Positions 1 through 9,106 of a DNA stretch of 64,000 nucleotides are shown here, piece after piece. Source of the stretch: Escherichia phage vB_EcoP_DE5. Each line of letters opens with the position of its first letter. Position 1 is the stretch's first letter. Made by a program: the position numbers and the translations under genes. Under the pieces are notes generated by a model, which was not told where the DNA came from, ran no database searches, and was given only the letters and a program-made list of their open reading frames with translations. The DNA lies in sequence record MW741821.1. The stretch is one strand, 5' to 3'.

Positions 1-368
1 CACTCAACCTCAATACTATATAGAGTTTTCAGTGTATCTTTAATCCAAGCCCGTCGTTTTGGATTCTTATGATGTGCCCCGTTTTCCCTATCTCTAAAAT
101 ATTGATCACATCCGAATGGGTATGTTGGGTCCAAAAACTTTTCTTGATTAAACATATCCTTCATGTCGTCAATATCTAAATGCTTTGTGAAATAGTAATA
201 CCTCTTATAACAGCGAAAGTTGAAGCATAATCCGTGATCTTCACTAAACCATTTTGGATAAATTCCAGTCTTAGCTATTTCATAATATTGGAGGAGGAAA
301 TCCTCCATCCCCCTCTCTTTAGCTAAACATCTCAATGTTCTGTAGATGATATTGGTTTCTTTCATCAC
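1..368 (-). CDS. hypothetical protein, partial (C-terminal part; gene continues beyond window start)
   Basis: Open minus-strand frame ending with ATG at 366-368 and running off the left edge; not in ORF track because incomplete. Confidence 0.35.
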   Translation of the reverse strand, partial: MMKETNIIYRTLRCLAKERGMEDFLLQYYEIAKTGIYPKWFSEDHGLCFNFRCYKRYYYFTKHLDIDDMKDMFNQEKFLDPTYPFGCDQYFRDRENGAHHKNPKRRAWIKDTLKTLYSIEVE

Positions 369-373
369 TCACC

Positions 374-2218
374 TTAGTGTGTATGCATCCAGTTAAGTCC
401 AATCTGACAATCAGATGCCAGAGGACATTCCATGTTCAGATACTCGCCAGCTTTCTTAACACAAAGCTCAGTGTGCTCTTTGAGTTTCTGTACATCATTA
501 CGGTTTACTGAGAATTGACCTTCATCGTGCATATCAATTACCTTAGCACAACGAACCTTATCTTTCTCAATCCACTTGTTAAGGAACATCATAGCATATT
601 TCATAACAACAGCACCAGCACATTGCAGGAGTGTGTTAAGGGCTTTATGAACCATAACCTTACCAGTGGCATCCCGTCTCATTGTAATCTTACGACCATC
701 GACACCAATCAAGTATCCTTGAGCAGCTTTCTCTGTCATACGATCAATGAGGATTGCAATACATGGGTTCTCTGCTAAGAAACGTGCTCGCATCACTGAA
801 CCTTCGTCAGCCCCACCACCTACAATTGAACCGAGCTTAGCATCACCAGCACCATAGTTGAATGCGTAGATAAATGTCTTAGCGTTGTCACGAGTAGGAA
901 GACCAGCAAGTTTCTGGTTGTGGGAGTGGATATCCCCTTCAAGGAGGATGTCACGATACATAATAGCAGAAGCTAAACCACGTTCTGCCAGAGCTTTCTT
1001 AGCTGGATTATTCTCTTCTATTGCTTCAGCAAGCATGTCCCTACACTCTTTAATGAGGTAGTGAGCGAGCATGCGAAGTTCAAGTCCAGAACCATCATAC
1101 CCTAAGAATACTTCTTTACCAGCGGGTATGTAATATTTGTAAGCACCTACAGGTTTGTCTTTCTTCCCCGGCTTACCCTTCTCGTAAATTACGTTAGTAC
1201 CTTTTCGTATATAACAACCATCAGGAACAACGTTAGTAATAATGAAAGGACGAGAATGATCACTGTCTGAGTTATAGTCAGACTCAAACAAACTGCGACA
1301 CTCGTGACCAAACAAACCACGGGAGGGAATATTAACCACGATACGATGTTTGAATCGAAAAGTTGGCGTAGCGCAGCTGTTAGCTTCTGCCGAAAGTTTA
1401 CCATCTTCGCGTTCCTTTGCTATAAGTCCACTGATAAGACCCAGCCTGTGAGCCGCTACAACGCGTCTCTTAAGCAAACTTCCGACACTCCCTAGCTCAC
1501 CCCCTAACCCTTCTTCAAGAGTCTCCTCGAGGTTTGTAGGAGCTGTAGGCCACTTGTTTGATGTGGCTAGTGCTTTCTTAATCTCATCAAACGTTACAGG
1601 ATTACGTCGATTAGGGTTTAATCCCAAACCAAATACGTAAGCCTTCATATAGTTCTTAGTTTTAAACCTAAAATGCTTTTCTAAGAACTTCTTAATATCA
1701 GCGTCAACCATCTTGGCTGTCTGTTTTTGCTTAGCATTACCTCGCATCCAAGCAGTATACCATGCTTGGTATGTTCCATACTTTCTCATATCTTTCTTAA
1801 TTTCGAAAGTATTCCAAGGCTTCTTAGATACGTTAAACTCTGGAGGAAGAAAGCCCTCATCCATAAGAGCTTCTTTAACTCGTGCATCTTTCGATGGGTC
1901 AAAGTCTACGTATTCGACACAGGTGAAAGCTCCACCAATATCTTCTCTCTTCAGCCCAACCCTATCACAATAGGCTTGAGGCCACTTCTGTAAAGCTCCA
2001 GACTTCTTAAACGGCTTCATATAAGTAGAGCCATCTAATCTCATCTTAGGTAAGAGAGGAATCAGTTCTTTGTCAATATTAACAATAATCTCTTTAAGGA
2101 GGTGAACATACCACCGAGCATTTCTTCGGTTGAAACTCACTCCGTGCTTTGCTTGCTTAGAGATTATATCAGCGACAGTCATCTCTGTCAAAAATGGAAG
2201 AGCGTCCGGGTTGCTCAC
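374..2218 (-). CDS. DNA polymerase, family A (polymerase domain only)
   Basis: 614 aa; Pol A motif A-like DGSGLELR, motif B-like RDNAKTFIYAFNYG, motif C HDE; no exonuclease domain in this ORF. Confidence 0.85.
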   Translation of the reverse strand: MSNPDALPFLTEMTVADIISKQAKHGVSFNRRNARWYVHLLKEIIVNIDKELIPLLPKMRLDGSTYMKPFKKSGALQKWPQAYCDRVGLKREDIGGAFTCVEYVDFDPSKDARVKEALMDEGFLPPEFNVSKKPWNTFEIKKDMRKYGTYQAWYTAWMRGNAKQKQTAKMVDADIKKFLEKHFRFKTKNYMKAYVFGLGLNPNRRNPVTFDEIKKALATSNKWPTAPTNLEETLEEGLGGELGSVGSLLKRRVVAAHRLGLISGLIAKEREDGKLSAEANSCATPTFRFKHRIVVNIPSRGLFGHECRSLFESDYNSDSDHSRPFIITNVVPDGCYIRKGTNVIYEKGKPGKKDKPVGAYKYYIPAGKEVFLGYDGSGLELRMLAHYLIKECRDMLAEAIEENNPAKKALAERGLASAIMYRDILLEGDIHSHNQKLAGLPTRDNAKTFIYAFNYGAGDAKLGSIVGGGADEGSVMRARFLAENPCIAILIDRMTEKAAQGYLIGVDGRKITMRRDATGKVMVHKALNTLLQCAGAVVMKYAMMFLNKWIEKDKVRCAKVIDMHDEGQFSVNRNDVQKLKEHTELCVKKAGEYLNMECPLASDCQIGLNWMHTH

Positions 2219-2234
2219 TTTATACTCCTTTAAA

Positions 2235-2657
2235 TTATTGGTAAAGTAAATCTGTAAATGCTTGGTTATCTTCTACTACATTCAGCATGGTTGCTTCATC
2301 ACTATAAGCCCTAACTGTCCCGTTGACAACTGTCCAAGGAGGGGGCGGAGGTGGTGTATGTGTAGCTCTGGCTTCACGAGGTTGTTCTCGTACCAGATGA
2401 GCCACAACCCTCTGATTAGCAACTTCTTCTCTTTCTCTAATAGCTCTCTGAATGTAGGCCAGCTTCATACCCCAAGCTTCTTCAAACTCTTGAGGGTGTT
2501 TATCACTGATAACCACATACTGACGTTCAGGAATACCAGAGCGAATCTCTGATAATAATTCATGGAACAAATCTAGTTCATGTTCAGTGAGATTCATTTC
2601 GATATCATCCCACTTTAGAACTAAGAAACGGTTTTGGTGTCTAGCTGGTAATGGCAT
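2235..2657 (-). CDS. hypothetical protein
   Basis: 140 aa ORF, operon context with polymerase. Confidence 0.45.
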   Translation of the reverse strand: MPLPARHQNRFLVLKWDDIEMNLTEHELDLFHELLSEIRSGIPERQYVVISDKHPQEFEEAWGMKLAYIQRAIREREEVANQRVVAHLVREQPREARATHTPPPPPPWTVVNGTVRAYSDEATMLNVVEDNQAFTDLLYQ

Positions 2658-2820
2658 CCTACTCCACCTCTACTTCAATGTAAGTTCTCTCGCCAACGTC
2701 GTCTTTTAAGACCCATGACTTGGCATCTTCTTCAGACTTAAAAGCTTTCACAACGCTGTATCCCCCTTCCCATTCATCACCGAACCAGCGCTGTCCTACG
2801 TAAATATATTCTTTCATTAC

Positions 2821-3105
2821 TCAACCTTTTGGGAATGGCATCAAAAATTCCATAGCAGATTTAATCTCATTATTGATTCGTGAATCACGATAAGAGATAA
2901 ACTTACCTTTGCTATCACGTAACATCACATGGGTTCTGGCTGTTTTGTGAGGGAGCAATGTGATACTAGTTGGAATAGCATCAACCCCTACAGCGTATTT
3001 GTCAATAGTCTTACTTTCAGCCAACAGATAAGACCAAGTACGCGGTTTCTGCTCCGGGCGGTTAGGGTATGTGTCCCGAATTTGAACCATAGCTAACTTA
3101 TTCAT
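2821..3105 (-). CDS. hypothetical protein (paralog pair with 3107-3361)
   Basis: 94 aa; shares KTARTxVxLR...GKFISY...PFPKG with neighbour. Confidence 0.5.
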   Translation of the reverse strand: MNKLAMVQIRDTYPNRPEQKPRTWSYLLAESKTIDKYAVGVDAIPTSITLLPHKTARTHVMLRDSKGKFISYRDSRINNEIKSAMEFLMPFPKG

Positions 3106-3106
3106 A

Positions 3107-3361
3107 TTAAACTCCTTTAGGGAATGGGATGAGATTTTCTACTGCAACACGGAAAGATTTTTCTACGTCTTTGTTTTTATAAGAAATGAATTTACCATCA
3201 GCACCACGAAGGATTACATTAGTGCGAGCTGTTTTTGGGTTAATCTCAATCATCCGTTCGATGATCTTGTTTGATTTGTTGTGGTGGTTAGTGAAAGTCC
3301 ACTTAACAATCTTGCCATCTCTGGTTACATCAAAAATATTTACGATTTTTACAATAGACAT
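3107..3361 (-). CDS. hypothetical protein (paralog pair with 2821-3105)
   Basis: 84 aa; same conserved motifs as neighbour. Confidence 0.5.
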   Translation of the reverse strand: MSIVKIVNIFDVTRDGKIVKWTFTNHHNKSNKIIERMIEINPKTARTNVILRGADGKFISYKNKDVEKSFRVAVENLIPFPKGV

Positions 3362-3393
3362 ATTTATTACCTAAGAAGTTTTAATTTGGTTTA

Positions 3394-3428
3394 TATAAAA
3401 GAAAAGGCCACCTGATTAGGCAGCCTTT
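3394..3428 (-). terminator. Rho-independent terminator (minus strand)
   Basis: Minus-strand RNA hairpin GGCUGCC-loop-GGUGGCC followed by U-rich tract; same hairpin type as 28770-28803. Confidence 0.55.
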
Positions 3429-3431
3429 GTT

Positions 3432-3725
3432 CTAGAGACGAAGCCAAGTTTGATAGTCAGCTTCAGTGTAATGATTGTTTCGAGAGTTGTTTTTCATTTC
3501 CTTGAGAGTGGCTCTCAGGTCGATGTTATGCTCTCTCCTTGTTCTATTCGGGTCTGTATCTTCTAATAGATGGGAGTGATCACTACAAGAGTAGTGCTTA
3601 TAGTGGTCCCTATATCCTCTACTTGGAGAATACTTGGTCATTAAAGTTGCAACTCTTTTTACACCCTCTGCTTTACAGAATTTACAATAAGTGTGAATTG
3701 TACATCTTTTTGTTTCTGCTGACAC
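3432..3725 (-). CDS. Cys/His-rich small protein (possible HNH-like nuclease)
   Basis: 97 aa with CKFCK and HYKHYSCSDHSH clusters. Confidence 0.35.
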   Translation of the reverse strand: MSAETKRCTIHTYCKFCKAEGVKRVATLMTKYSPSRGYRDHYKHYSCSDHSHLLEDTDPNRTRREHNIDLRATLKEMKNNSRNNHYTEADYQTWLRL

Positions 3726-3735
3726 TATAACCTCT

Positions 3736-4050
3736 TTATGAGCTTAAAGCTCCTTTGCGTGCTCCAGCTGCTTTTCCAGCTCGATCACCACTTTTGCCGC
3801 CGTTTGAACGGTTTGAGCTGACTGATTCAACACGTAAGTTGCTTGACGCATTAGAGCCTCCAGACTTGACAGCTCGTTTGTGTCCAACATCTTTACCTCT
3901 GACAGCAGCTTTTCCATCGCGCTTTTCAACGATGCGACGTGCACGGTGGCGCTGAGCATCTCCGCTCTTGCTCCCAACGCCTGTCTCACCACGGGCAATT
4001 GCGGTACGTCTTTCTTGTGCATAATCTCTCTTTCCTACATGATCTGCCAT
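3736..4050 (-). CDS. hypothetical basic Gly/Arg/Lys-rich protein
   Basis: 104 aa; strong AAGGAG SD 8 nt upstream of ATG; an alternative overlapping frame 3744-4022 cannot be excluded. Confidence 0.35.
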   Translation of the reverse strand: MADHVGKRDYAQERRTAIARGETGVGSKSGDAQRHRARRIVEKRDGKAAVRGKDVGHKRAVKSGGSNASSNLRVESVSSNRSNGGKSGDRAGKAAGARKGALSS

Positions 4051-4106
4051 TTAAAACTCCTTAATATATCAGTGTACACTAAGGAGTATACATTATAAGT
4101 TACTGT

Positions 4107-4844
4107 TTAAGCTTTCTTTTCCATTGCTTTAACAATCGCCTTACAGAAACCAGAACGAACAATATCATCTGATTCACCATCTACAATCTCAGCAAACTCA
4201 TACAGATCATGTTCATCAATAAAGTTAGTAGCCCAAGTAAGACCACTCTCACGACCACGCATATCATGCTGGTTAGTATCGCCCATGCAGAACAGCTGAG
4301 AGGTTTCTCCCAATCGAGTCATGATCGAGAAGGCTTCATCTTTAGTGGTGTTCTGGAACTCATCAACAATAACAATAGCATCATTGAAAGAACGACCACG
4401 GAGATATTCCAGAGGTACGAACTCAATGTTACTGTTACCGAGCTGGCATTCATAGAACCCCTTACCATATCGCTGAGTAATAACATCAATGATAGGCATC
4501 AGGTAAGGTTCAAACTTCTCGCGCATTCCTCCCGGAAGTAACCCAAGGGAGTTGCCCATGCCAACCGAAGGGCGACTCAGAATGATCTTCTGAATCTTAC
4601 CACTTTTCAGTGCATCAATAACCGTGGAAGTGATTACAAAGGTCTTACCACAGCCCGCAGGAGCGTCTGTGAACACAACTTGTTTAGTCTTAATAGCATT
4701 GAGTAGCTCAGACTGAAACTGGTTCTGAGGGACTACAGGCTTTGCTAAAACCACCTCTTCATACTCTCGCTTACCCTTACGAGTAACAAGAGCTTCCCGA
4801 CGAAGGTCTTTCCGTGATTCTTTCCGTGATTGACGACGACTCAT
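4107..4844 (-). CDS. phoH: PhoH-like ATPase
   Basis: 245 aa; Walker A-like APAGCGKTF, Walker B-like IVDEFQN; typical PhoH length. Confidence 0.85.
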   Translation of the reverse strand: MSRRQSRKESRKDLRREALVTRKGKREYEEVVLAKPVVPQNQFQSELLNAIKTKQVVFTDAPAGCGKTFVITSTVIDALKSGKIQKIILSRPSVGMGNSLGLLPGGMREKFEPYLMPIIDVITQRYGKGFYECQLGNSNIEFVPLEYLRGRSFNDAIVIVDEFQNTTKDEAFSIMTRLGETSQLFCMGDTNQHDMRGRESGLTWATNFIDEHDLYEFAEIVDGESDDIVRSGFCKAIVKAMEKKA

Positions 4845-5038
4845 TTACGCTCTCCAATTTCTTCGTAATGACACTCAGTAGTTAAGCAGTCTTTACAGAT
4901 TGCTGTATAAACCCTGACGTTAGTAAATCGTTTGTTCTTCCCTTTGGTTGGAGAGCCTTTGGCAAGCTCTCTGATAACCTTGTTACTTAAATGAAGGTTT
5001 GTTCCTTCACATTTAGAGCACTTCACCACAATGTCCAT
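4841..5038 (-). CDS. small zinc-ribbon protein
   Basis: 65 aa; CSKCEG...CKDC; start/stop overlap with phoH. Confidence 0.45.
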   Translation of the reverse strand: MDIVVKCSKCEGTNLHLSNKVIRELAKGSPTKGKNKRFTNVRVYTAICKDCLTTECHYEEIGERK

Positions 5039-5223
5039 TCAGTAAGAGACCACAGAGAGTCACCTATGTGGGCATTGTCATTCCTGATGAGGTCTTTGAT
5101 TTTATCAACATCAGTTAAGTGAGTCACATTCAAAATGTCCTCAACATCCGGGGCATATTTAAATATGGCAACAATACTGTTGCAATCTTCAGCGTATCTT
5201 TCTAGAACATAAACTACGCTCAT
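5023..5223 (-). CDS. hypothetical protein
   Basis: 66 aa ORF in operon. Confidence 0.4.
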   Translation of the reverse strand: MSVVYVLERYAEDCNSIVAIFKYAPDVEDILNVTHLTDVDKIKDLIRNDNAHIGDSLWSLTEWTLW

Positions 5224-5543
5224 GCGACGTTAACCTCTTTATGAAGTCTGTAAACAGCTGTCGCCATACAAGCAACAGCTTCGTTATGTGGGAGATGCAT
5301 ACCTGTAGAACCATCCCAATCTTTAAACTCGTTGTCAAAGACTCCAGTAGGTTCTGGATACAGAGCTTGCAGCTCCACTAGATCATTAGCAACTTGTTGC
5401 CATTTATCATCAGACCAGATAGGGTCATCCAACCAGTAATACAAATAGGAATGGATGATCAATTGCCTTCTATGCCGATTGATTACTTCAGCGGGACTTA
5501 TCTCACTTCCATTTGAAGTCCTAAATGTATTACTGTCAATCAT
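5220..5543 (-). CDS. small protein resembling the N-terminal Ia domain of NAD-dependent DNA ligase (LigA)
   Basis: 107 aa; HSYLYYWLDDPIWSDDKWQQV...ELQALYPE matches the LigA HxYxYxxxDxPxIxDxEYD...LE...P pattern (recalled from E. coli LigA). Confidence 0.5.
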   Translation of the reverse strand: MIDSNTFRTSNGSEISPAEVINRHRRQLIIHSYLYYWLDDPIWSDDKWQQVANDLVELQALYPEPTGVFDNEFKDWDGSTGMHLPHNEAVACMATAVYRLHKEVNVA

Positions 5544-5725
5544 TTCACAACCTTAAATTTGAATGTTGTTGGGTGATAATAATGCAATCTATTGATAGTG
5601 TGTTTTGTTTCAAGATATATCCTGCAAGAGTGGCACATGACATGGGTCAGACCAGTTACAGGATTAGGTTTAAAGTTGGCGACAGTCTTCTCTTTATTGC
5701 AGAAGCTACAGACTTTCTTTTCCAT
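5540..5725 (-). CDS. small zinc-ribbon protein
   Basis: Internal start MEKKVCSFCNKEK...CHSCR; track ORF 5540-5788 trimmed to this Met. Confidence 0.4.
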   Translation of the reverse strand: MEKKVCSFCNKEKTVANFKPNPVTGLTHVMCHSCRIYLETKHTINRLHYYHPTTFKFKVVK

Positions 5726-5939
5726 CTTTTCTCCAGTGGTCAACGAATTGCTGAAACACTTTACGATCAAATGTGAAATTACGAGCAATTCCGCATTCTC
5801 TAAAAGTGGCAGGCATATAATCTACATCACCTTCAGATGTATGACCATAGACTTGAATAAGATTCTTAATCTTATCCTTCTCTCTTCGAGGAAGCATTCT
5901 AAATGCCTCCTGAATATCTGTAATATGTTTTATCTTCAT
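5706..5939 (-). CDS. hypothetical protein
   Basis: 77 aa ORF. Confidence 0.4.
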   Translation of the reverse strand: MKIKHITDIQEAFRMLPRREKDKIKNLIQVYGHTSEGDVDYMPATFRECGIARNFTFDRKVFQQFVDHWRKDGKESL

Positions 5940-5951
5940 AAGGAATTCCTG

Positions 5952-6086
5952 CTAATCCTCTGAGTTGTGGGAACAGCAATATTCACATACTCCGCAACAT
6001 GGACAAATTTCTACACTTGGGTCATATGCATCATCAACTGTCATCCCACACTTGGTGCAGAACACATCGTCATCTTCTTCCAACAT
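5952..6086 (-). CDS. small Cys-rich protein
   Basis: 44 aa, four Cys pairs, GGAG SD; TAATG overlap with stop of upstream ORF; below track size cutoff. Confidence 0.4.
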   Translation of the reverse strand: MLEEDDDVFCTKCGMTVDDAYDPSVEICPCCGVCEYCCSHNSED

Positions 6087-6334
6087 TAATTCTCCAAACA
6101 AGAATCATTCATCAGTAGCTCCAAACTATCAAGTGTGTAGTAATAACCAAAGAATGGGGCTGTTGACTTGGAAACCTTTTTATCAAAAAGAGATTGAGAA
6201 AGATTTATTTCTACTCCAGCATCTTCAAGCTGTTGTTTTGTGGGGTATGTAATGAAAGAGCAAAGCACTTCTGTGTACTCCCCTCTGTCTGTCTCTTCAA
6301 CACGACTCAGAATCCAAATACTTTTACTAGCCAT
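6086..6334 (-). CDS. hypothetical protein
   Basis: 82 aa ORF. Confidence 0.45.
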   Translation of the reverse strand: MASKSIWILSRVEETDRGEYTEVLCSFITYPTKQQLEDAGVEINLSQSLFDKKVSKSTAPFFGYYYTLDSLELLMNDSCLEN

Positions 6335-6335
6335 T

Positions 6336-6992
6336 TTAACTCTCCAAAGTTTTCTTCAGAGCTGCCCATGAGATTGGGTAGAGTTTAGCCATCTCTTCAT
6401 CCAGAGATTGAGCAAACACTCGAACTTCATATTGAGCGTGAGAGGAGAGTCGCTGACGACACAACTCAAACCAGCCATACAAAGAACCAGTCCACACCCA
6501 CTCAGTGATCATCCCCTGAGGAAGAACAAATCGAGCTTGCTCCGGTGCAACAAATTCAATCAACTTGTCATATGCTGCTAGAGAAGCTTCATATGCATCG
6601 TTAATCAGCATTAATGCTTCAGCTCGCTCTCCGTCGATGAGTTGAATCCCTGAACCTGCATGGAGGTCCGAAGGTCTCGCAAAAATCTCTTTAGGGATGA
6701 AGACTTCAACTGCTCCATCTTTATACCGCCGGGACATTTCGTTCCACGAGAATCCAACCTGATGCTTGCCCAGCTGTCTCGCAATTGCGATAGGTGCTTT
6801 GCATCGGAAACTGACTTGCGGGTGTCGGAATGGGGTAACATGCTTCTCTCTTGCGAGGAAATTGATGAGACGTTCATCACGTTCATTTAAATCACCTTCA
6901 CGGGTTACGCCAAAGGAAACTCGAGCTGCGTTTACTACGCTACGATCACTTCCCATAGCTTCGATTAATGTTGCTTGTAGTTGTTCATTCAT
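6336..6992 (-). CDS. thyX: flavin-dependent thymidylate synthase ThyX
   Basis: 218 aa; FRHP...SRRY resembling the ThyX RHR...SxRY signature. Confidence 0.85.
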   Translation of the reverse strand: MNEQLQATLIEAMGSDRSVVNAARVSFGVTREGDLNERDERLINFLAREKHVTPFRHPQVSFRCKAPIAIARQLGKHQVGFSWNEMSRRYKDGAVEVFIPKEIFARPSDLHAGSGIQLIDGERAEALMLINDAYEASLAAYDKLIEFVAPEQARFVLPQGMITEWVWTGSLYGWFELCRQRLSSHAQYEVRVFAQSLDEEMAKLYPISWAALKKTLES

Positions 6993-7007
6993 CCGTGAAT
7001 ATCCTTA

Positions 7008-7283
7008 TTACTTATTGCTCAGGGCTGTGTCCAAAAATGCTTTCAGGTTTGCTTCAGTCTGCATACCGGAGAGACTGTAGTGTGCACCACTATTACGGTC
7101 AGGTACAACAAAAGCAGGGATGCTTCGTACACCATACTTAACAGCTTGTTCACGACCATCACCTTCAAGGATGTTAATCTCTTCCACTTCTACATCAAAC
7201 TCCTTAACAACCTTCTCAAAGGTAGGAGCCATTGCTTTACATGGAGCACACTGATCACTATAAAACTTAATTACTTTAGACAT
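7008..7283 (-). CDS. thioredoxin-like protein
   Basis: 91 aa with CAPC active-site-like motif. Confidence 0.7.
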   Translation of the reverse strand: MSKVIKFYSDQCAPCKAMAPTFEKVVKEFDVEVEEINILEGDGREQAVKYGVRSIPAFVVPDRNSGAHYSLSGMQTEANLKAFLDTALSNK

Positions 7284-7291
7284 GTAAATCC

Positions 7292-7471
7292 TTATGCAGT
7301 CAGGAGGTGAAGCAGGAATGGGATAACAACAGCTACGATAACCATGATGGTTGATGCTGTTTGAATCTCACCTTTCTTATCAGGAGTTTCTTCAATAAGC
7401 TTACCAGAAGCCCAATAAATACCACCACCAATAAAGATAGCCCAAATACCCCATACGATTGCTGATAACAT
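7292..7471 (-). CDS. small membrane protein
   Basis: 59 aa hand-translated (MLSAIVWGIWAIFIGGGIYW...), two hydrophobic segments; below track cutoff. Confidence 0.4.
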   Translation of the reverse strand: MLSAIVWGIWAIFIGGGIYWASGKLIEETPDKKGEIQTASTIMVIVAVVIPFLLHLLTA

Positions 7472-7532
7472 ATATCTATATCCTTATAAATAAGTTCGCC
7501 CCACCTCGGGTTAGGAGACAGGGCGGAGGTTT

Positions 7533-8144
7533 TTAGTAAGACACGTCACCACTTGAATGGGACATGTTGCTCTTGACGAAGTAGCAATACTTGCCAAGAC
7601 CTTCATTAATTTCTTGAAGCATACTCTGATCGACAGGGTAGGTGGCTAAATCACCATCAAACTCATCCATCTTCTCAATAATACACATCAAGGTCATGCA
7701 CATATCAGAGAGCATACCGTCCATGTCTAGATCAGCATTACCCTCTGAGAACCAAGCATGAGAGAGGTAGTTAGCTGCTGTAGCATCCACTTTAACACAG
7801 TGGTAACGCATACGTTCAGCAATACGATCTCCTACCTGTCGTGCGTAATCTTCCAGCTCATCAAACATACCATGAACACCCTGAAATCCTGCACCAGAGA
7901 CGTTCCAGTGGTAGTTTTTAGCTTTGATATGCAAGAGTTCCATGTTAGCTTGTAAGCAGCTCAGGATGTGTTCTAGGCTGTTTGCACTAATCATGCCTTG
8001 CATTGTTTCAAGGCGAGAGATTGAAAGCTCAGATCGGTCTAACATACTATAACTGTCACGACCAATCTCAGGTAAATCAAAGACATTCTTATGCATTTGG
8101 GTTTTCTCCATCAAGTTCAACTGAGTTAGCAACATTACGTGCAA
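7533..8144 (-). CDS. Dps/ferritin-like protein
   Basis: KAKNYHWNVSGAGFQGVHGMFDELEDYARQVGDRIAERMR resembles Dps KxxHWNxxGxxF..H...DE...D.IAER; true start may be internal. Confidence 0.55.
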   Translation of the reverse strand: MHVMLLTQLNLMEKTQMHKNVFDLPEIGRDSYSMLDRSELSISRLETMQGMISANSLEHILSCLQANMELLHIKAKNYHWNVSGAGFQGVHGMFDELEDYARQVGDRIAERMRYHCVKVDATAANYLSHAWFSEGNADLDMDGMLSDMCMTLMCIIEKMDEFDGDLATYPVDQSMLQEINEGLGKYCYFVKSNMSHSSGDVSY

Positions 8145-8418
8145 TATTATCCATTACCTGCTGGGTAATTACGATGCAGTTCTGTGGGTCTACTGACTTA
8201 GAACGCCCCATTTCAGGATCATACACCTTAACTCGCTTAGCAGTTGAACCTGTAACCTGAAGAACCTTCAACAGATATCCCTGATTACCAATAGACCAAG
8301 CAACAACATCACGATTCTTGATAAAGCGACCAAGCATATCACGATGATAAAACTGTTGCATCACCTTGGATTTTGTAATCTCTTCAGTGGGCGGGGCCAC
8401 TTTACTCAAATCTAACAT
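8089..8418 (-). CDS. hypothetical protein
   Basis: 109 aa; TAATGTATA-like motif about 40 nt upstream. Confidence 0.45.
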   Translation of the reverse strand: MLDLSKVAPPTEEITKSKVMQQFYHRDMLGRFIKNRDVVAWSIGNQGYLLKVLQVTGSTAKRVKVYDPEMGRSKSVDPQNCIVITQQVMDNIARNVANSVELDGENPNA

Positions 8419-8453
8419 AACTCTCTCCTGTAAAATACAAATTCTTATTGTAC

Positions 8454-8465
8454 TCTATATACATT
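8454..8465 (-). promoter_or_regulatory. putative phage-specific promoter element (AAATGTATATAG)
   Basis: Near-match to the TAATGTATATAGG motif recurring upstream of plus-strand genes. Confidence 0.35.
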
Positions 8466-8490
8466 TGAGAGTTATCATATCTACTACCAA

Positions 8491-8700
8491 TCAGTAGTAA
8501 ATTACTTTAGACATAAAAGAACCAGTGTTAGGGTCTTCATACCAGCGATGTATGTCAGCGCTTTTTACTATTGTGCCCAGAGTCTTCAACTGTTTCTTAG
8601 CAATACGAGCCTCTTTGCGAGTGTCAAACAATTTGATGTTATCTTTTCTCATGTGTTGCTCAAGATCCCAAACAACATGAATAGCCCACATCTTTTTCAT
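8491..8700 (-). CDS. hypothetical protein (paralog triplet member)
   Basis: 69 aa; tandem with two similar-sized ORFs, abutting start/stop, shared C-terminal Y(Y). Confidence 0.5.
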   Translation of the reverse strand: MKKMWAIHVVWDLEQHMRKDNIKLFDTRKEARIAKKQLKTLGTIVKSADIHRWYEDPNTGSFMSKVIYY

Positions 8701-8909
8701 TAGTAATGTACCTTTCCGCTGATATAAACACGACCAGAAGAATACTCTTTGGCCTTATGGATACTGATACTGTTGACCACGTCACCAGTAAGCATAGTCT
8801 TTTTAAAATCTCGAGCTTGTTGGCGAGTGGGTAGTGCAGTCATAGTCATACCGCCTGATGCCCACTTAATCTTTGCTAACCAAATTTTTCTCATAGTGAT
8901 TGGTCTCAT
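8700..8909 (-). CDS. hypothetical protein (paralog triplet member)
   Basis: 69 aa; same pattern. Confidence 0.5.
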   Translation of the reverse strand: MRPITMRKIWLAKIKWASGGMTMTALPTRQQARDFKKTMLTGDVVNSISIHKAKEYSSGRVYISGKVHY

Positions 8910-9106
8910 TAGTAATAAACCTTACTGTTGGCAAGAAAAGCACCTTCGCTATTCACAATAGCTTTCCCCAACGTAACCTTGCTGAGTCTAAAAGTAGACT
9001 TGTATTGGTTTTTGACCCTACGGGCGTGCTCTCGAGTATTAACAAAATCTACAGCTACTAACTCTCCAGTCGTGTTATCATGTACACGAACAATCCACTT
9101 TTTCAT
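8909..9106 (-). CDS. hypothetical protein (paralog triplet member)
   Basis: 65 aa; same pattern. Confidence 0.5.
   Translation of the reverse strand: MKKWIVRVHDNTTGELVAVDFVNTREHARRVKNQYKSTFRLSKVTLGKAIVNSEGAFLANSKVYY

Noticed and set aside
515-2552. Plus-strand ORFs nested inside the DNA polymerase and neighbouring minus-strand genes (515-778, 1304-1495, 1713-1993, 2262-2552)
   Set aside because: They lie antisense within long, motif-supported genes, lack ribosome-binding sites and have low-complexity translations; treated as frame-shadow artefacts. The same applies to similar antisense ORFs throughout.
3744-4022. Alternative 92-aa ORF overlapping 3736-4050 in another frame
   Set aside because: Only one of the two can plausibly be coding; the longer frame has the stronger AAGGAG ribosome-binding site, so it was listed at low confidence.
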